Shown here piece by piece: positions 27,485 through 37,346 of a stretch of DNA of 64,000 bases. The notes under the pieces are model-generated. The model saw nothing but the letters and a program-made list of their open reading frames with translations, had not been told where the DNA came from and made no database searches. Position numbers and translations under genes: made by a program. Origin of the DNA: Gloeobacterales cyanobacterium (GTDB lineage Bacteria; Cyanobacteriota; Cyanobacteriia; Gloeobacterales; PMM-0068); NCBI GenBank assembly GCA_038245785.1, contig JBBRSB010000018.1:24616-88615 (forward strand), written 5' to 3'. Within the stretch, counting starts at the first letter, position 1, and each line of letters starts with the position of its first letter.

Positions 27485-27825
27485 TGTATCGCGGAGAGAT
27501 TTGGTGGGCAAACCTCCCCGAACTAGAAGGTTCTGCACCTGGCTATCGTAGACCTGTCCTGATTATTCAGGATGATATATTTATACAAAGTCGTCTTAGA
27601 ACGGTAATTGTCATCATTATCACCTCTAACCTTGAACTTGCAAACGCACCGGGAAATGTTCTATTACTGGGTAATGCAACGGGTCTATCAAGAAGTTCAG
27701 TTGCACATGTCTCCCAAATATTTACCGTAGACAAAACATTTTTAACTGAGCGTATTGGTTCATTACCAGCAAGTTCACAAGACGAAGTGGATGAAGGTTT
27801 GCGGACAATTTTGTATCTACAATAA
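27478..27825 (+). CDS. PemK/MazF family toxin
   Basis: RGEIWWANL..GS.PGYRRPVLIIQ, ITSNL, SQIFTVDK. Confidence 0.92.
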   Translation: MVVYRGEIWWANLPELEGSAPGYRRPVLIIQDDIFIQSRLRTVIVIIITSNLELANAPGNVLLLGNATGLSRSSVAHVSQIFTVDKTFLTERIGSLPASSQDEVDEGLRTILYLQ

Positions 27826-27853
27826 ATATTAGTTAATGGTTGTGTCCAAAGCC

Positions 27854-28129
27854 ATGTAAACAAAAATAACGCTGAGAATTGATAAGGCGCTGGTTGAGAA
27901 AGCCAAGCGACTGGCGGCTGCCCAAGGAATGAGCGTATCAAAAATGGTTGCCCGCTTGATCGAAGTGATGCCGGAATCTGAAGGGCAGTATGAGAGCCGA
28001 GAACAAGATTTAGACCCGTGGACGCGCAGCCTCATTGGAATGCTGAATACTGATAAGACCAACCCACCGCTGACCAACGAACAATCGAAAGAGCAGTACT
28101 ATCAATATCTTGAGGAAAAGTATCGTTGA
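27854..28129 (+). pseudogene. DUF6364-like RHH antitoxin with a stop at codon 2; no toxin partner
   Basis: ATG TAA ACA AAA ATA ACG CTG AGA... reads M*TKITLRIDKALVEKAKRLA...SVSKMV, in frame with ORF 27929-28129. Confidence 0.7.
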
Positions 28130-28146
28130 GATCCCCGCTTTTTGAG

Positions 28147-28752
28147 TTAGCCTTTTCTGGAAACAGCCGAACAATTGCGTAGATACCAGCGCCAGGGTAA
28201 ATCAGTGCCTTTCGTCAAGCCAATTCGAATTGTTTGCGCAATCGTCAATGTGCCCTTCTCTGTCTGCTGCTGAAAATTAGCGTGGCGATGCTCAAGCCAT
28301 AAGGGACAATTTGGCTCTAGCGTTGTTGCATTCAAAGACAAATCAATTTTAAGCGCGCGACAGAGTTTTCCTGGTCCTGCGGCAATGCGAGCAGGTTTGG
28401 GTTCCTTCTGTGGATCGATCCATGCGGGGACAGAATCAAGTTGGAGTGCGCGAATCAGAACAGCGCTGGGAGTTCCCTCTTGATCAGTAACGATGTTTAA
28501 ACAGTGGTAGACGCCATAGATAAAGTAAACGTAGGCTGTTCCAGCGGGACCAAACAAAGCGCCGTTCCGCTGGGTGCGGCTACGGTACGCGTGCATCGCC
28601 GGATCGCCGTGCATGTAAGCTTCCGTCTCTACAATCAGTCCTCTCACAATGGTTTCGTCCGGGAACCTACGAACGAGCGTGCAGCCGATCAGTTCTGGCG
28701 CAACGGCTGTAGACAAGCGATTTAACCAGGATGGAGCAATGGGAGCGATCAC
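28147..28752 (-). CDS. mpg: DNA-3-methyladenine glycosylase (MPG/AAG)
   Basis: IVETEAY, YVYFIYGVYHCLNIV, AVLIRA, GPGKLCRAL, RIGL. Confidence 0.93.
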   Translation of the reverse strand: MIAPIAPSWLNRLSTAVAPELIGCTLVRRFPDETIVRGLIVETEAYMHGDPAMHAYRSRTQRNGALFGPAGTAYVYFIYGVYHCLNIVTDQEGTPSAVLIRALQLDSVPAWIDPQKEPKPARIAAGPGKLCRALKIDLSLNATTLEPNCPLWLEHRHANFQQQTEKGTLTIAQTIRIGLTKGTDLPWRWYLRNCSAVSRKG

Positions 28753-28986
28753 GGGGATCTCAGCAAAGTAGAGATTTTTAGATTAAATCAAGTGGAAGTT
28801 AATTTCGTCTTTTAGCTACTGCTCATGAGCAGTAGCGGGATCACCAAAGTTTCTACGCTGTATGTTTTTGAGGAGAAATCATACTTATTTTTCGTGGCAA
28901 AGCGCATCTGGACTGAGGTTCTAAGCGCGCGTAGAATAGAAGGTAGGAATAGTGTTCACCTGATGTGGACGCGAGGAGAATACCCT

Positions 28987-30123
28987 ATGACCGACACCCC
29001 TTTGCTTAAATTGCAAGACTATGGCCAAAGCGTCTGGTTAGATTATCTTAGACGTAGCTTGGTCACTTCTGGGGAATTGGCTCAAAAAATTGAGAACGAT
29101 GGACTGCGTGGGTTGACCTCTAACCCAGCCATTTTTAAGGAAGCGATTGTGGGCAGCCCTGATTACGATGATGCAATTCGGGAACTAACGGCCCAAGGTT
29201 TAAAAGAAGACGCCATTTACGAAACGATGTCTGTTGAAGACATCCAAGGCGCAGCTGACGCCTTTCGGCCTCTCTATGACCGCTTAGATGGTAAAGATGG
29301 CTTTGTCAGTCTCGAAGTCTCTCCGTATTTGGCGAGGGATACGGCTGGAACGGTCGCTGAAGCTAAGCATCTCTGGCAAAAAGTTAATCGCCCCAATCTA
29401 ATGATCAAGGTACCCGGAACTCCTGAAGGATTACCCGCCATCCAAGAACTGATTGGCGAAGGCATCAATGTTAACGTCACGCTTCTGTTCTCACGGGAAG
29501 CCTACAGAGGCTGTGCCGAAGCCTACATCGCTGGGTTGGAAGCCTACCATGCTAAGGGCGGAAATCTAAGCCGAGTGGCGAGTGTAGCCAGTTTCTTCCT
29601 CAGCCGCATTGATAGTTTGATCGATTCCAAACTAGAAGCTTTGATTGCCAAAGCAACGGACCCGGCAGAAGTAGAGAAGCTCCATGGACTGATGGGAAGC
29701 GTGGCGATTGCCAATGCCAAACTGGCCTATCAGGACTACAAAGAACTCTTCACCAGTGAACGGTTCAAAGTGCTTGCTCAAGCAGGAGCTTTTCCTCAAA
29801 GACTCTTGTGGGCTAGTACAGGCACCAAAAACCCCCATTACCGGGATGTGCGCTACGTAGAAGAGCTGGTTGGGCCTAATACCGTCAATACGATGCCCGT
29901 CTCAACCCTCAATGCCTGTGCAGATCACTGTGAGCTGCGTTCTAGCTTAGAAGAAAATCTAGAGCAAGCTCAAAACTCTCTAACAGACCTGGAATCTGTG
30001 GGCATTAGCTTAGACCAAATTACCCTGGACCTTCTGGTAGATGGTTTGAGCAAATTCACAGGTCCTTTTGATGAATTGCTCCTAAGCATCCGCAATAAGC
30101 GGGCGCTCGTGGCCAGTCCTTAG
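28987..30123 (+). CDS. tal: Transaldolase
   Basis: GQSVWLD, GLTSNPAIF, NLMIKVPGT, NVTLLFS, ASFFLSRID, LWASTGTKNP. Confidence 0.95.
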   Translation: MTDTPLLKLQDYGQSVWLDYLRRSLVTSGELAQKIENDGLRGLTSNPAIFKEAIVGSPDYDDAIRELTAQGLKEDAIYETMSVEDIQGAADAFRPLYDRLDGKDGFVSLEVSPYLARDTAGTVAEAKHLWQKVNRPNLMIKVPGTPEGLPAIQELIGEGINVNVTLLFSREAYRGCAEAYIAGLEAYHAKGGNLSRVASVASFFLSRIDSLIDSKLEALIAKATDPAEVEKLHGLMGSVAIANAKLAYQDYKELFTSERFKVLAQAGAFPQRLLWASTGTKNPHYRDVRYVEELVGPNTVNTMPVSTLNACADHCELRSSLEENLEQAQNSLTDLESVGISLDQITLDLLVDGLSKFTGPFDELLLSIRNKRALVASP

Positions 30124-30179
30124 GCTGATTAGGTTCACTTCAGGTTCATTTCGTCGTACTTAATCTATGGGAAACCTCT

Positions 30180-31589
30180 ATGTCTAAACCGAGTATTGGT
30201 CTGATTGGTTTGGCCGTGATGGGAGAAAACCTGGCGCTCAATATTGAGAGTCGGGGCTTTCCGATTGCTGTATATAACCGCACCACTTCCGTCACGGAGA
30301 AATTTTTAGCAACCCGTGCTAAGGGTAAGCAATTTTACGGCTCCTCCACCCTGGAAGAATTTGTCGAGAGTATGGAATCTCCCCGCAAAATCATCATCCT
30401 GGTCAAAGCTGGTGCTCCGGTAGATGCGGTGATCGACCAACTCAAGCCACTCCTGAGTCCTGGAGACATCATCATTGATGGTGGCAACTCTCTCTATGAA
30501 GACACCGAACGCCGGGCCGTTGCCATAGAAGCCTCAGGCTTGCGGTTTATGGGCATGGGCGTTAGCGGAGGGGAAGAAGGGGCTCTAAACGGTCCCTCTT
30601 TGATGCCTGGTGGCCCGAAAGAAGGCTACGAAGAAATGGCACCGATTCTTACCAAGATTGCCGCTCAAGTAGATGATGGTCCTTGCGTGACCTACATTGG
30701 TCCTCGCGGAGCGGGTCATTACGTGAAGATGGTCCACAACGGTATTGAGTATGGAGACATGCAGCTGATTGCTGAAGCCTATGACTTACTAAGAAGAGTC
30801 TTGGGTCTAAACGCCGGAGAATTGCACGAAGTTTTCACTGAGTGGAATAAGACCGAGCTGGAATCCTACCTGATTGAAATCACCGCCGACATTTTCACCA
30901 AGATGGATGACCAGACAGGCAAGCCTTTGGTGGACATGGTCATGGATAAAGCGGCTCAAAAAGGGACCGGCAAGTGGACGATCATGAGTGCCCTAGACCT
31001 GGGAATCCCGATTCCGACTATGGATGCAGCCGTGAATGCTCGAATCTTGTCTTCCCAGAAAGACCAACGGGTGGCGGCATCTGCCATGCTCAAAGGGCCG
31101 GAAGTAGCCTTTACAGGTGACCGTCAGGTCTTTATCAATGCTGTACGCGATGCCCTCTACTGCTCGAAGATCTGTTCTTATGCTCAGGGAATGGCCCTGA
31201 TCAAAGCGGCTTCCGATTCTTTTGAGTACAACCTGAACTTGGGAGAAATTGCCCGGATCTGGAAGGGAGGATGCATCATCCGCGCAGGTTTCTTAGACAA
31301 GATTAAGCTGGCTTTTCAGAAGAATCCTCAGCTCGCTAACCTTCTTTTGGATGATAGCTTCCGAGGAGATATTGAGCAAAAGCAAAAAGGTTGGCGCTAT
31401 GTCGTTGAAACGGCAGCTACCCAGGGCGTACCGATCTATGCCCTGGGCGCTTCCCTAGCCTATTTCGATGCCTATCGTCAGGCCAACCTACCCCAAAATC
31501 TGACCCAGGCCCAGCGTGATTACTTTGGCGCGCATACCTATGAGCGCATTGACCAACCAGGGTCCTTCCATACGGAATGGGCAGAATAA
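30180..31589 (+). CDS. gnd: 6-phosphogluconate dehydrogenase (decarboxylating)
   Basis: GLAVMGENLA, KMVHNGIEYGDMQ, QAQRDYFGAHTYER. Confidence 0.98.
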   Translation: MSKPSIGLIGLAVMGENLALNIESRGFPIAVYNRTTSVTEKFLATRAKGKQFYGSSTLEEFVESMESPRKIIILVKAGAPVDAVIDQLKPLLSPGDIIIDGGNSLYEDTERRAVAIEASGLRFMGMGVSGGEEGALNGPSLMPGGPKEGYEEMAPILTKIAAQVDDGPCVTYIGPRGAGHYVKMVHNGIEYGDMQLIAEAYDLLRRVLGLNAGELHEVFTEWNKTELESYLIEITADIFTKMDDQTGKPLVDMVMDKAAQKGTGKWTIMSALDLGIPIPTMDAAVNARILSSQKDQRVAASAMLKGPEVAFTGDRQVFINAVRDALYCSKICSYAQGMALIKAASDSFEYNLNLGEIARIWKGGCIIRAGFLDKIKLAFQKNPQLANLLLDDSFRGDIEQKQKGWRYVVETAATQGVPIYALGASLAYFDAYRQANLPQNLTQAQRDYFGAHTYERIDQPGSFHTEWAE

Positions 31590-31590
31590 T

Positions 31591-31680
31591 GCCCTCACCC
31601 CTCATCCCATCTTCCATGCGGCATAAGGTGACATTCCCCTCTCCCGAGGGAGAGGGGTGCCCGTAGGGCGGGGTGAGGGT
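31591..31680. repeat. REP-like nested palindrome
   Basis: CCCTCACCCC...CCCCTCTCCC-GA-GGGAGAGGGG...GCCC-GTA-GGGC-GGGGTGAGGG; outer and inner inverted repeats between gnd and prlC. Confidence 0.75.
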
Positions 31681-31736
31681 GAGATACTATCAAGATATAA
31701 CCCCATATGGCATGCCCTTTTTTAGAGGATCTCCCT

Positions 31737-33842
31737 GTGAACACTGCAACAATCCTGAATAATCCTCTACTCCTCGGTCAAGGACTGCCCCCTTTTGATA
31801 CCATCACGCCGGAACATGTTGTACCAGGCATCACACAGTTACTTTCTGAATTAGATAGTGAGCTGACCAAACTGGAATCAGAAGTGGTACCAACCTGGCA
31901 AGGCTTGGTGGAACCGCTAGACCGTATTACAGAACGATTGACATGGAGCTGGGGTGCCGCAGGACATCTGATGGGCGTCAAGAATAGCCCGGAATTGCGG
32001 GAAGCCTACCAAGCGATGGAACCGCTCGTGGTCCAATTCGCGAGCAAATTGGGGCAGAGCAAGCCTCTTTATCGAGCCTTTAAAGCGATGATGGAAGGAG
32101 AGCCTTGGGCAACGCTGGATGAAGGTCAAAAGCGGCTTGTAGAGGCGGCGATCAAAGAGGCACAACTTTCTGGGGTGGGACTGGAAGGGGAAGAGCGGGA
32201 ACGGTTTAATGCTATTCAGATGGAGCTGGCTGAGCTGGCGACTAAATTTTCTAACCATGTGTTGGATGCGACTAAAGCTTTTGGTATGACCCTGACGACC
32301 AAGGAAGAAGTGGATGGCCTACCGCCGAGTTTGCTTAGTCTGACGGCTCAGATCGCTCGGGCCTCCGGCGAGACCCTGTTAGAGAACGCCACGCCGGAAG
32401 CAGGTCCCTGGCGCATTACGCTGGACGCTCCTAGCTATGGTCCTTTTTTACAGCACAGCACGCGACGGGATTTGCGAGAAAAAATCTATCGGGCTCTGAT
32501 CAGCCGAGCCTCTTCCGGGGATTTGGACAATAGCCCTTTGATTGATCAGATCCTAACTTTGCGTAAAGAAAAGGCGAATCTGCTTGGGTTTGATAATTTT
32601 GCGGCGCTGAGTCTCGCCAGTAAAATGGCTCCATCAGTAGAAGCAGTGGAAAAACTACTGGAAGAGCTACGGGTGGCGAGCTTTGATGCAGCCACCGAAG
32701 AATTGCAAGAGTTAAAAGCGTTTGCTAAAGCCAAGGGCTTCCAAGACGAACTGCTGCACTGGGATATGGGCTTCTGGTCAGAGCGTCAACGGGAAGAAAA
32801 GTTTGCCTTTAATGATGAAGAGCTACGGCCCTATTTTCCGCTGGCTCAAGTTTTGGATGGTCTATTCGATCTCAGCCACCGCATTTTTGGCGTAACGGTG
32901 AAGGCTGCAGACGGTCAAGCGCCTGTTTGGCATGAAGATATACGTTATTTCCAAATCGCTGATGCCTCTGGTAGAGCGATTGCCTACTTCTATCTTGACC
33001 CCTATAGCCGTCCTGCGGAGAAACGGGGGGGAGCCTGGATGGATGTCTGCATCAACCGTGGCAAAATCACCCACGAGGGCGTCACCGTCACCCGTTTGCC
33101 CGTTGCCTATTTGGTCTGTAACCAGACCCCTCCTGTAGACGGCAAGCCGAGCCTGATGAATTTCCGGGAAGTGGAAACGCTATTTCATGAGTTTGGTCAT
33201 GGTCTGCAACATATGCTGACGACGGTGGATTACAGCGGAGTGGCTGGTATCAACAATGTGGAATGGGATGCAGTGGAACTGCCCAGCCAGTTTATGGAAA
33301 ATTGGTGCTACGACCGGGCGACTTTACTGAGCTTGGGCAAACACTATGAAACAGGAGAATCTTTGCCGGAGCATTATTACCAGAAGCTCCTGGCTGCTCG
33401 AAACTACATGAGTGGCAGTGCCATGCTCCGACAGGTCCACTTTAGCCTGGTAGACCTGGAACTCCATAACCGCTATCAGCCTGGAGGTTCTGAGTCTGTC
33501 CGTGGTTTGCGCAATCGGATTGCCCAAACCACTACGGTTCTACAGCCTCTACCTGAAGATGCTTTCCTCTGCTCCTTTGGCCATATCTTCGCCGGAGGCT
33601 ATGCGGCGGGCTACTACAGCTACAAATGGGCGGAAGTACTCAGCGCTGATGCTTTTGCGGCCTTTGAAGATGCTGGTTTAGAAGACGAGGAGGCCGTAGC
33701 CGCCACGGGTCAACTCTTCCGCGATACAGTTCTTGCTTTGGGCGGTAGTAAGCACCCGATGGAAGTCTTCAAGAAATTCCGGGGTCGTGAGCCGAGTACA
33801 GAGCCTCTGCTTCGTCACAGTGGTTTGGTAATAGCTTCTTGA
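31737..33842 (+). CDS. prlC: Oligopeptidase A (M3 metallopeptidase)
   Basis: EKRGGAWM, HEFGH, AVELPSQFMENW, GYYSYKWAEVL. Confidence 0.95.
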   Translation: MNTATILNNPLLLGQGLPPFDTITPEHVVPGITQLLSELDSELTKLESEVVPTWQGLVEPLDRITERLTWSWGAAGHLMGVKNSPELREAYQAMEPLVVQFASKLGQSKPLYRAFKAMMEGEPWATLDEGQKRLVEAAIKEAQLSGVGLEGEERERFNAIQMELAELATKFSNHVLDATKAFGMTLTTKEEVDGLPPSLLSLTAQIARASGETLLENATPEAGPWRITLDAPSYGPFLQHSTRRDLREKIYRALISRASSGDLDNSPLIDQILTLRKEKANLLGFDNFAALSLASKMAPSVEAVEKLLEELRVASFDAATEELQELKAFAKAKGFQDELLHWDMGFWSERQREEKFAFNDEELRPYFPLAQVLDGLFDLSHRIFGVTVKAADGQAPVWHEDIRYFQIADASGRAIAYFYLDPYSRPAEKRGGAWMDVCINRGKITHEGVTVTRLPVAYLVCNQTPPVDGKPSLMNFREVETLFHEFGHGLQHMLTTVDYSGVAGINNVEWDAVELPSQFMENWCYDRATLLSLGKHYETGESLPEHYYQKLLAARNYMSGSAMLRQVHFSLVDLELHNRYQPGGSESVRGLRNRIAQTTTVLQPLPEDAFLCSFGHIFAGGYAAGYYSYKWAEVLSADAFAAFEDAGLEDEEAVAATGQLFRDTVLALGGSKHPMEVFKKFRGREPSTEPLLRHSGLVIAS

Positions 33843-33930
33843 AGCGTTAAACCTGAATTATGCAGCAAATAGCAAATAGTGGGTTGCGTAGGCTAACGAT
33901 GTTTCTGAGGCCCCATAAGGAGGGTACACG

Positions 33931-34059
33931 ATGACCTTTGAATTGTTTAGTCACGCAGTCAGTGAAATGATTGCTGTTTTGGTCGTATCAGAAGCTCAAA
34001 TAGAGCCGTTGCTCAATAGTGAAGTGATGCACATTAGGGTCCTAGATGAAGCAGTGTGA
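33931..34059 (+). pseudogene. DUF4926-like gene with large internal deletion
   Basis: RBS AAGGAGG; MTFELFSH|AVSEMIAVLVVSEAQIEPLLNSEVMHIRVL* keeps the family's N- and C-terminal ends but lacks the middle. Confidence 0.55.
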
Positions 34060-34154
34060 CACTCCAGCGGTCTCAGAGTTCACACAATAGGCCCTGAGTA
34101 GAACGAGAAGTCCTTCAGCGGTTCAGTGAGCGATAATAGTTAGTACCTTTTGAT

Positions 34155-34388
34155 ATGAGTACTTTAGCGATGACTGACTTACTGGAACAGGCGATTGCTC
34201 GATTGAAGACTATACCAGCCAGTGATCAGGATGCAATTGCTGCACTGATTTTGGAAGAACTTGAAGATGAAGCCCGATGGGATGCAAGCTTTGCAAAGTC
34301 TCAAGATGCCCTTGCCAAGTTTGCCTCTGAGGCAATGGCTGAGTACCGTACAGGTAAAACCCAAGCGTTAGATCCAGAGACGTTGTGA
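34155..34388 (+). CDS. Putative type II antitoxin
   Basis: MTDLLEQAIARLK...QDAIAALILEELEDEARWD; overlaps the toxin gene. Confidence 0.8.
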   Translation: MSTLAMTDLLEQAIARLKTIPASDQDAIAALILEELEDEARWDASFAKSQDALAKFASEAMAEYRTGKTQALDPETL

Positions 34389-34654
34389 AGTCACGTACTA
34401 CTCTCCAATTCCGTAAAGCGCTTGAGAGACTACCTGAGCAAGTTCAAGAGCAGGCACGCGGAGCATATCGCCAATTCATACAAGATCCTAGTCATCCAAG
34501 TTTACGCTTCAAAAAAGTGCATCCAGAATTACCAGTTTATTCCGCTCGGATCAGTAAAAGTTATCGAGCAGTGGGACAGCTAGATGGAGATACTGTCGTT
34601 TGGTTTTGGGTCGGTTCACATGCAGAATACGACAGGTTAATCTCTCAGTTATAG
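34385..34654 (+). CDS. ParE/RelE-like toxin
   Basis: DPSHPSLRFKKV, SARISKSYRAVG, WFWVGSHAEYD. Confidence 0.85.
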   Translation: MKSRTTLQFRKALERLPEQVQEQARGAYRQFIQDPSHPSLRFKKVHPELPVYSARISKSYRAVGQLDGDTVVWFWVGSHAEYDRLISQL

Positions 34655-34779
34655 CGCAAGCAACTAACCAGTACGTTGCAGCGGATGAAGCAAAGAATAA
34701 CAGAGCAAAACTTGATCAGAAGACTTCTTAAATTGAGCTCAATTGGAGAAACTATCCTCAACGGTTGAAGGCAGTGGGC

Positions 34780-35748
34780 TTATGAACCTCCTATTTCGGT
34801 ATCTAAGCGTTCTGCTTTTTCAGCCTCTAATTGCTGCACCGTTCGCTGTAAGGTTTCAATAATCTCGTACATTTCCACGGGGTCAAAGATGCGTAACAAG
34901 CTGGTTTGAGTGACAATTCCCAGGTTTCTACCCCAATTCCAGGACACTACTAAGCGCCGGACATGGAGATGCTGCATTTGTTGATGCGCTGTCCATAGAG
35001 AATCCTCAGGACTGAGAAGGCAAAGGGGGGTACTCATCACAGCTTCAGCCTTAGTTTTTGCCAGATCCAGTCTGAGTGCCTGAAATTGTACAATATCCCG
35101 CTCCGTAACAATCCCAAGCGGCTGGTTATGCTCTTCAGCATCTTTTTCGGTAATCAGGATGCAACTGACCTGCTGCTCTGCCATCATTTGGGCCAAGTCC
35201 AATACCGAGGCCGTCTTAGAGGCGTGAACTACTTGATGGGTCATCACATCTGCAACTCGCCGCAGCTTGAGAAGATTAGCTGGTCTCAGTACTTGACGAA
35301 TACTTTCAGGGGAGACAACCCCTACAAGCTGACCTTGGACATTCACCACCACCAAATGACGGATCCGATAGCGCCGAAATAAAAATAAAACGGCGAATAG
35401 ATCTTGAAAATCAGTTTCAGTCAAAGTAATCACGGGATGGGTCATCACCTCAGCAATTTGTACCCCTTCGAAATCCTTGCCCTTGGCCGTGAGCCGCACA
35501 ATATCTCGTTCTGTGAAAATTCCGACGACCTCTGTTCCTTGCGTCACCAAAGCATAGCTGGAGCGAGCACTACGAGTAGACAACGACTCTTCATCAGCAG
35601 AAAGCTCTATATCCCGTACGGGTCTCTGTGTCAGACTCATGAAGGCAATGACATCCATGAGGGAAGTAGTGGGGGGTACCGTCAGCGGATGACGATCGAT
35701 GGCTTCTTCTACGCCTGGAATAGCAATACGTGGGTCGTTAAAGGGCAT
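34780..35748 (-). CDS. CBS-domain protein (two CBS pairs, no output domain)
   Basis: GIFTERDIV, RIRHLVVV, GIVTERDIV, VRRLVV..GIVTQTSLL, then a short coiled coil. Confidence 0.88.
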   Translation of the reverse strand: MPFNDPRIAIPGVEEAIDRHPLTVPPTTSLMDVIAFMSLTQRPVRDIELSADEESLSTRSARSSYALVTQGTEVVGIFTERDIVRLTAKGKDFEGVQIAEVMTHPVITLTETDFQDLFAVLFLFRRYRIRHLVVVNVQGQLVGVVSPESIRQVLRPANLLKLRRVADVMTHQVVHASKTASVLDLAQMMAEQQVSCILITEKDAEEHNQPLGIVTERDIVQFQALRLDLAKTKAEAVMSTPLCLLSPEDSLWTAHQQMQHLHVRRLVVSWNWGRNLGIVTQTSLLRIFDPVEMYEIIETLQRTVQQLEAEKAERLDTEIGGS

Positions 35749-35931
35749 CCAAAAATCCGGTTAAACACTGAGAGGAGAGACTCAGGCAAGGTCCAGGAGA
35801 GATGTTACACCAAAACCTTCAAATGTCCTAAAAAGAACATCTTTACGGTTCCTAGAGGTGTATCCTTGAGGGATGTTACAGAAAAAGCCAATGAAACACT
35901 CTTACTAAGGGATTTTTAGCCTTTTTTGGTT

Positions 35932-36279
35932 TCACCTACTATCCCTGGCTACGCCAGACATTTTGGGGTTCTGCCCATAGAGTCTATCCAAAACCCGCTT
36001 GACCGAGATACGCTTCCATTCTTGTTTCCGCTTGGTCTGGTATCCCTGCTGATTCAGCCAGTCTGCAATCTGTTGCAGAGACTTACCCGACTTATGGTGG
36101 CGGCGAATGAGTTCAATGACTTGCTGCTCTTCGGGAACTGCTACCAGTTCACCTTCTACCGATTTCAGGCCAAACGCTGGCGAACCATAACCTGCATAAC
36201 CACCCTCGGCAGCTTTCGCCTTTCTCCCTTGGTTTAGGCGTTCCCAAATCGAAAAATTTTCCAGGTTTTCAGCAGCCAT
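35932..36279 (-). CDS. Stand-alone serine-recombinase-type DNA-binding ('Recombinase') domain protein
   Basis: GYGSPAFG, EEQQVIELI, SLQQIADWLNQQG..TKR..W; no catalytic resolvase domain. Confidence 0.75.
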   Translation of the reverse strand: MAAENLENFSIWERLNQGRKAKAAEGGYAGYGSPAFGLKSVEGELVAVPEEQQVIELIRRHHKSGKSLQQIADWLNQQGYQTKRKQEWKRISVKRVLDRLYGQNPKMSGVARDSR

Positions 36280-36366
36280 CGTTACTAAAATTTAGCGCTT
36301 TGTCCATCGTACCTCCCATCGGAAAGCAAATCTAGTGAATTAGAAATTTCTCAAACTCGGAGTTCT

Positions 36367-36951
36367 ATGTCTTATTCCAATCTCACTTCTAATGTAATTT
36401 CTGGCTTGACGGAACGAGTGTTTAAGGAACAAGAACGGATTCCACTTAGTGATAGTGTTCTCTGGAAGATTGAGCAAGGTATAGTTCGTACGCTGACATG
36501 GAGTGGGGAAGGAACAGCCGTTACTCTTGGGATTTGGGGACCAGGAGATGTTGTTGGCAAGCCACTATCCAAGGCTGAACCCTATGAAATTGAATGTTTG
36601 GATTGTGTAAGAGTTCTGGCTTTACCTCTTTCCCTTTGGGCTCAAGAACTAAACGCAATAATTTTACATGCTCAGCAAATAGAAGAATTGCTCAGCATTG
36701 TTAACAGTGAAAAAATACATACACGTTTATTAGAGTTCTTAATTTGGCTTACGCAAAAATTTGGTCATGGAGTTAGTCAAGGATGGTTGCTTGAACTGTG
36801 CTTGACCCACCAAGAAATTGCTGAATCGATTGCTACAACGCGAGTGACTGTGACGCGGATGCTTGGAATTCTAGAACAGGAAGGCAAAATTATCCGAAAT
36901 CACCACCAATTAATCTTGCCCTATGACCTTATTCTTTCTGATAACGATTGA
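36367..36951 (+). CDS. Crp/Fnr family transcriptional regulator (copy B)
   Basis: Paralogue of 22762-23400; LTHQEIAESIATTRVTVTRML. Confidence 0.92.
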   Translation: MSYSNLTSNVISGLTERVFKEQERIPLSDSVLWKIEQGIVRTLTWSGEGTAVTLGIWGPGDVVGKPLSKAEPYEIECLDCVRVLALPLSLWAQELNAIILHAQQIEELLSIVNSEKIHTRLLEFLIWLTQKFGHGVSQGWLLELCLTHQEIAESIATTRVTVTRMLGILEQEGKIIRNHHQLILPYDLILSDND

Positions 36952-36984
36952 TAGTAGAAAATCCTTCAGCTAAGGGAAAATACG

Positions 36985-37335
36985 ATGGACAACACAACTA
37001 ACTTAGAAAATAATGAACGGCATAAATTATTTACCTACCAACGACCCGTTGTAATCTATTGTTGGGCTCATTGGTGTACCGATTGCCATACAGTCAGTCC
37101 TTTGATCGACCAACTTGCTGAAGAGTATAGAGGATATATCAAAGTAATCAAGCTCAATATAGATGAAAAGTCTAAAATAGCTAGTAAACTTGGAATCCTT
37201 GGTGTCAATAGCATTCCGATTATGTTCATTTTTAAAGGTGGTAAACTTGTAGAAAAAATAGCAGGTATTGCTCCTTATGAATTATTTTGCAGCGCTATTA
37301 GAAAACACCTTTCTGATGAGCGGTGCATGCATTGA
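36985..37335 (+). CDS. Thioredoxin-like protein, WCTDC (copy B)
   Basis: CWAHWCTDC, KLNIDE, SIPIMFIFKGG. Confidence 0.85.
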   Translation: MDNTTNLENNERHKLFTYQRPVVIYCWAHWCTDCHTVSPLIDQLAEEYRGYIKVIKLNIDEKSKIASKLGILGVNSIPIMFIFKGGKLVEKIAGIAPYELFCSAIRKHLSDERCMH

Positions 37336-37346
37336 CTTCATCATCA

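Noticed and set aside
35404..36237. Plus-strand ORFs of 171 and 103 aa
   Set aside because: Antisense to the CBS and recombinase-domain genes, with no recognisable motifs.
35932..36279. Active integrase marking a prophage or genomic island
   Set aside because: No catalytic serine domain, no phage genes and no att pair seen.
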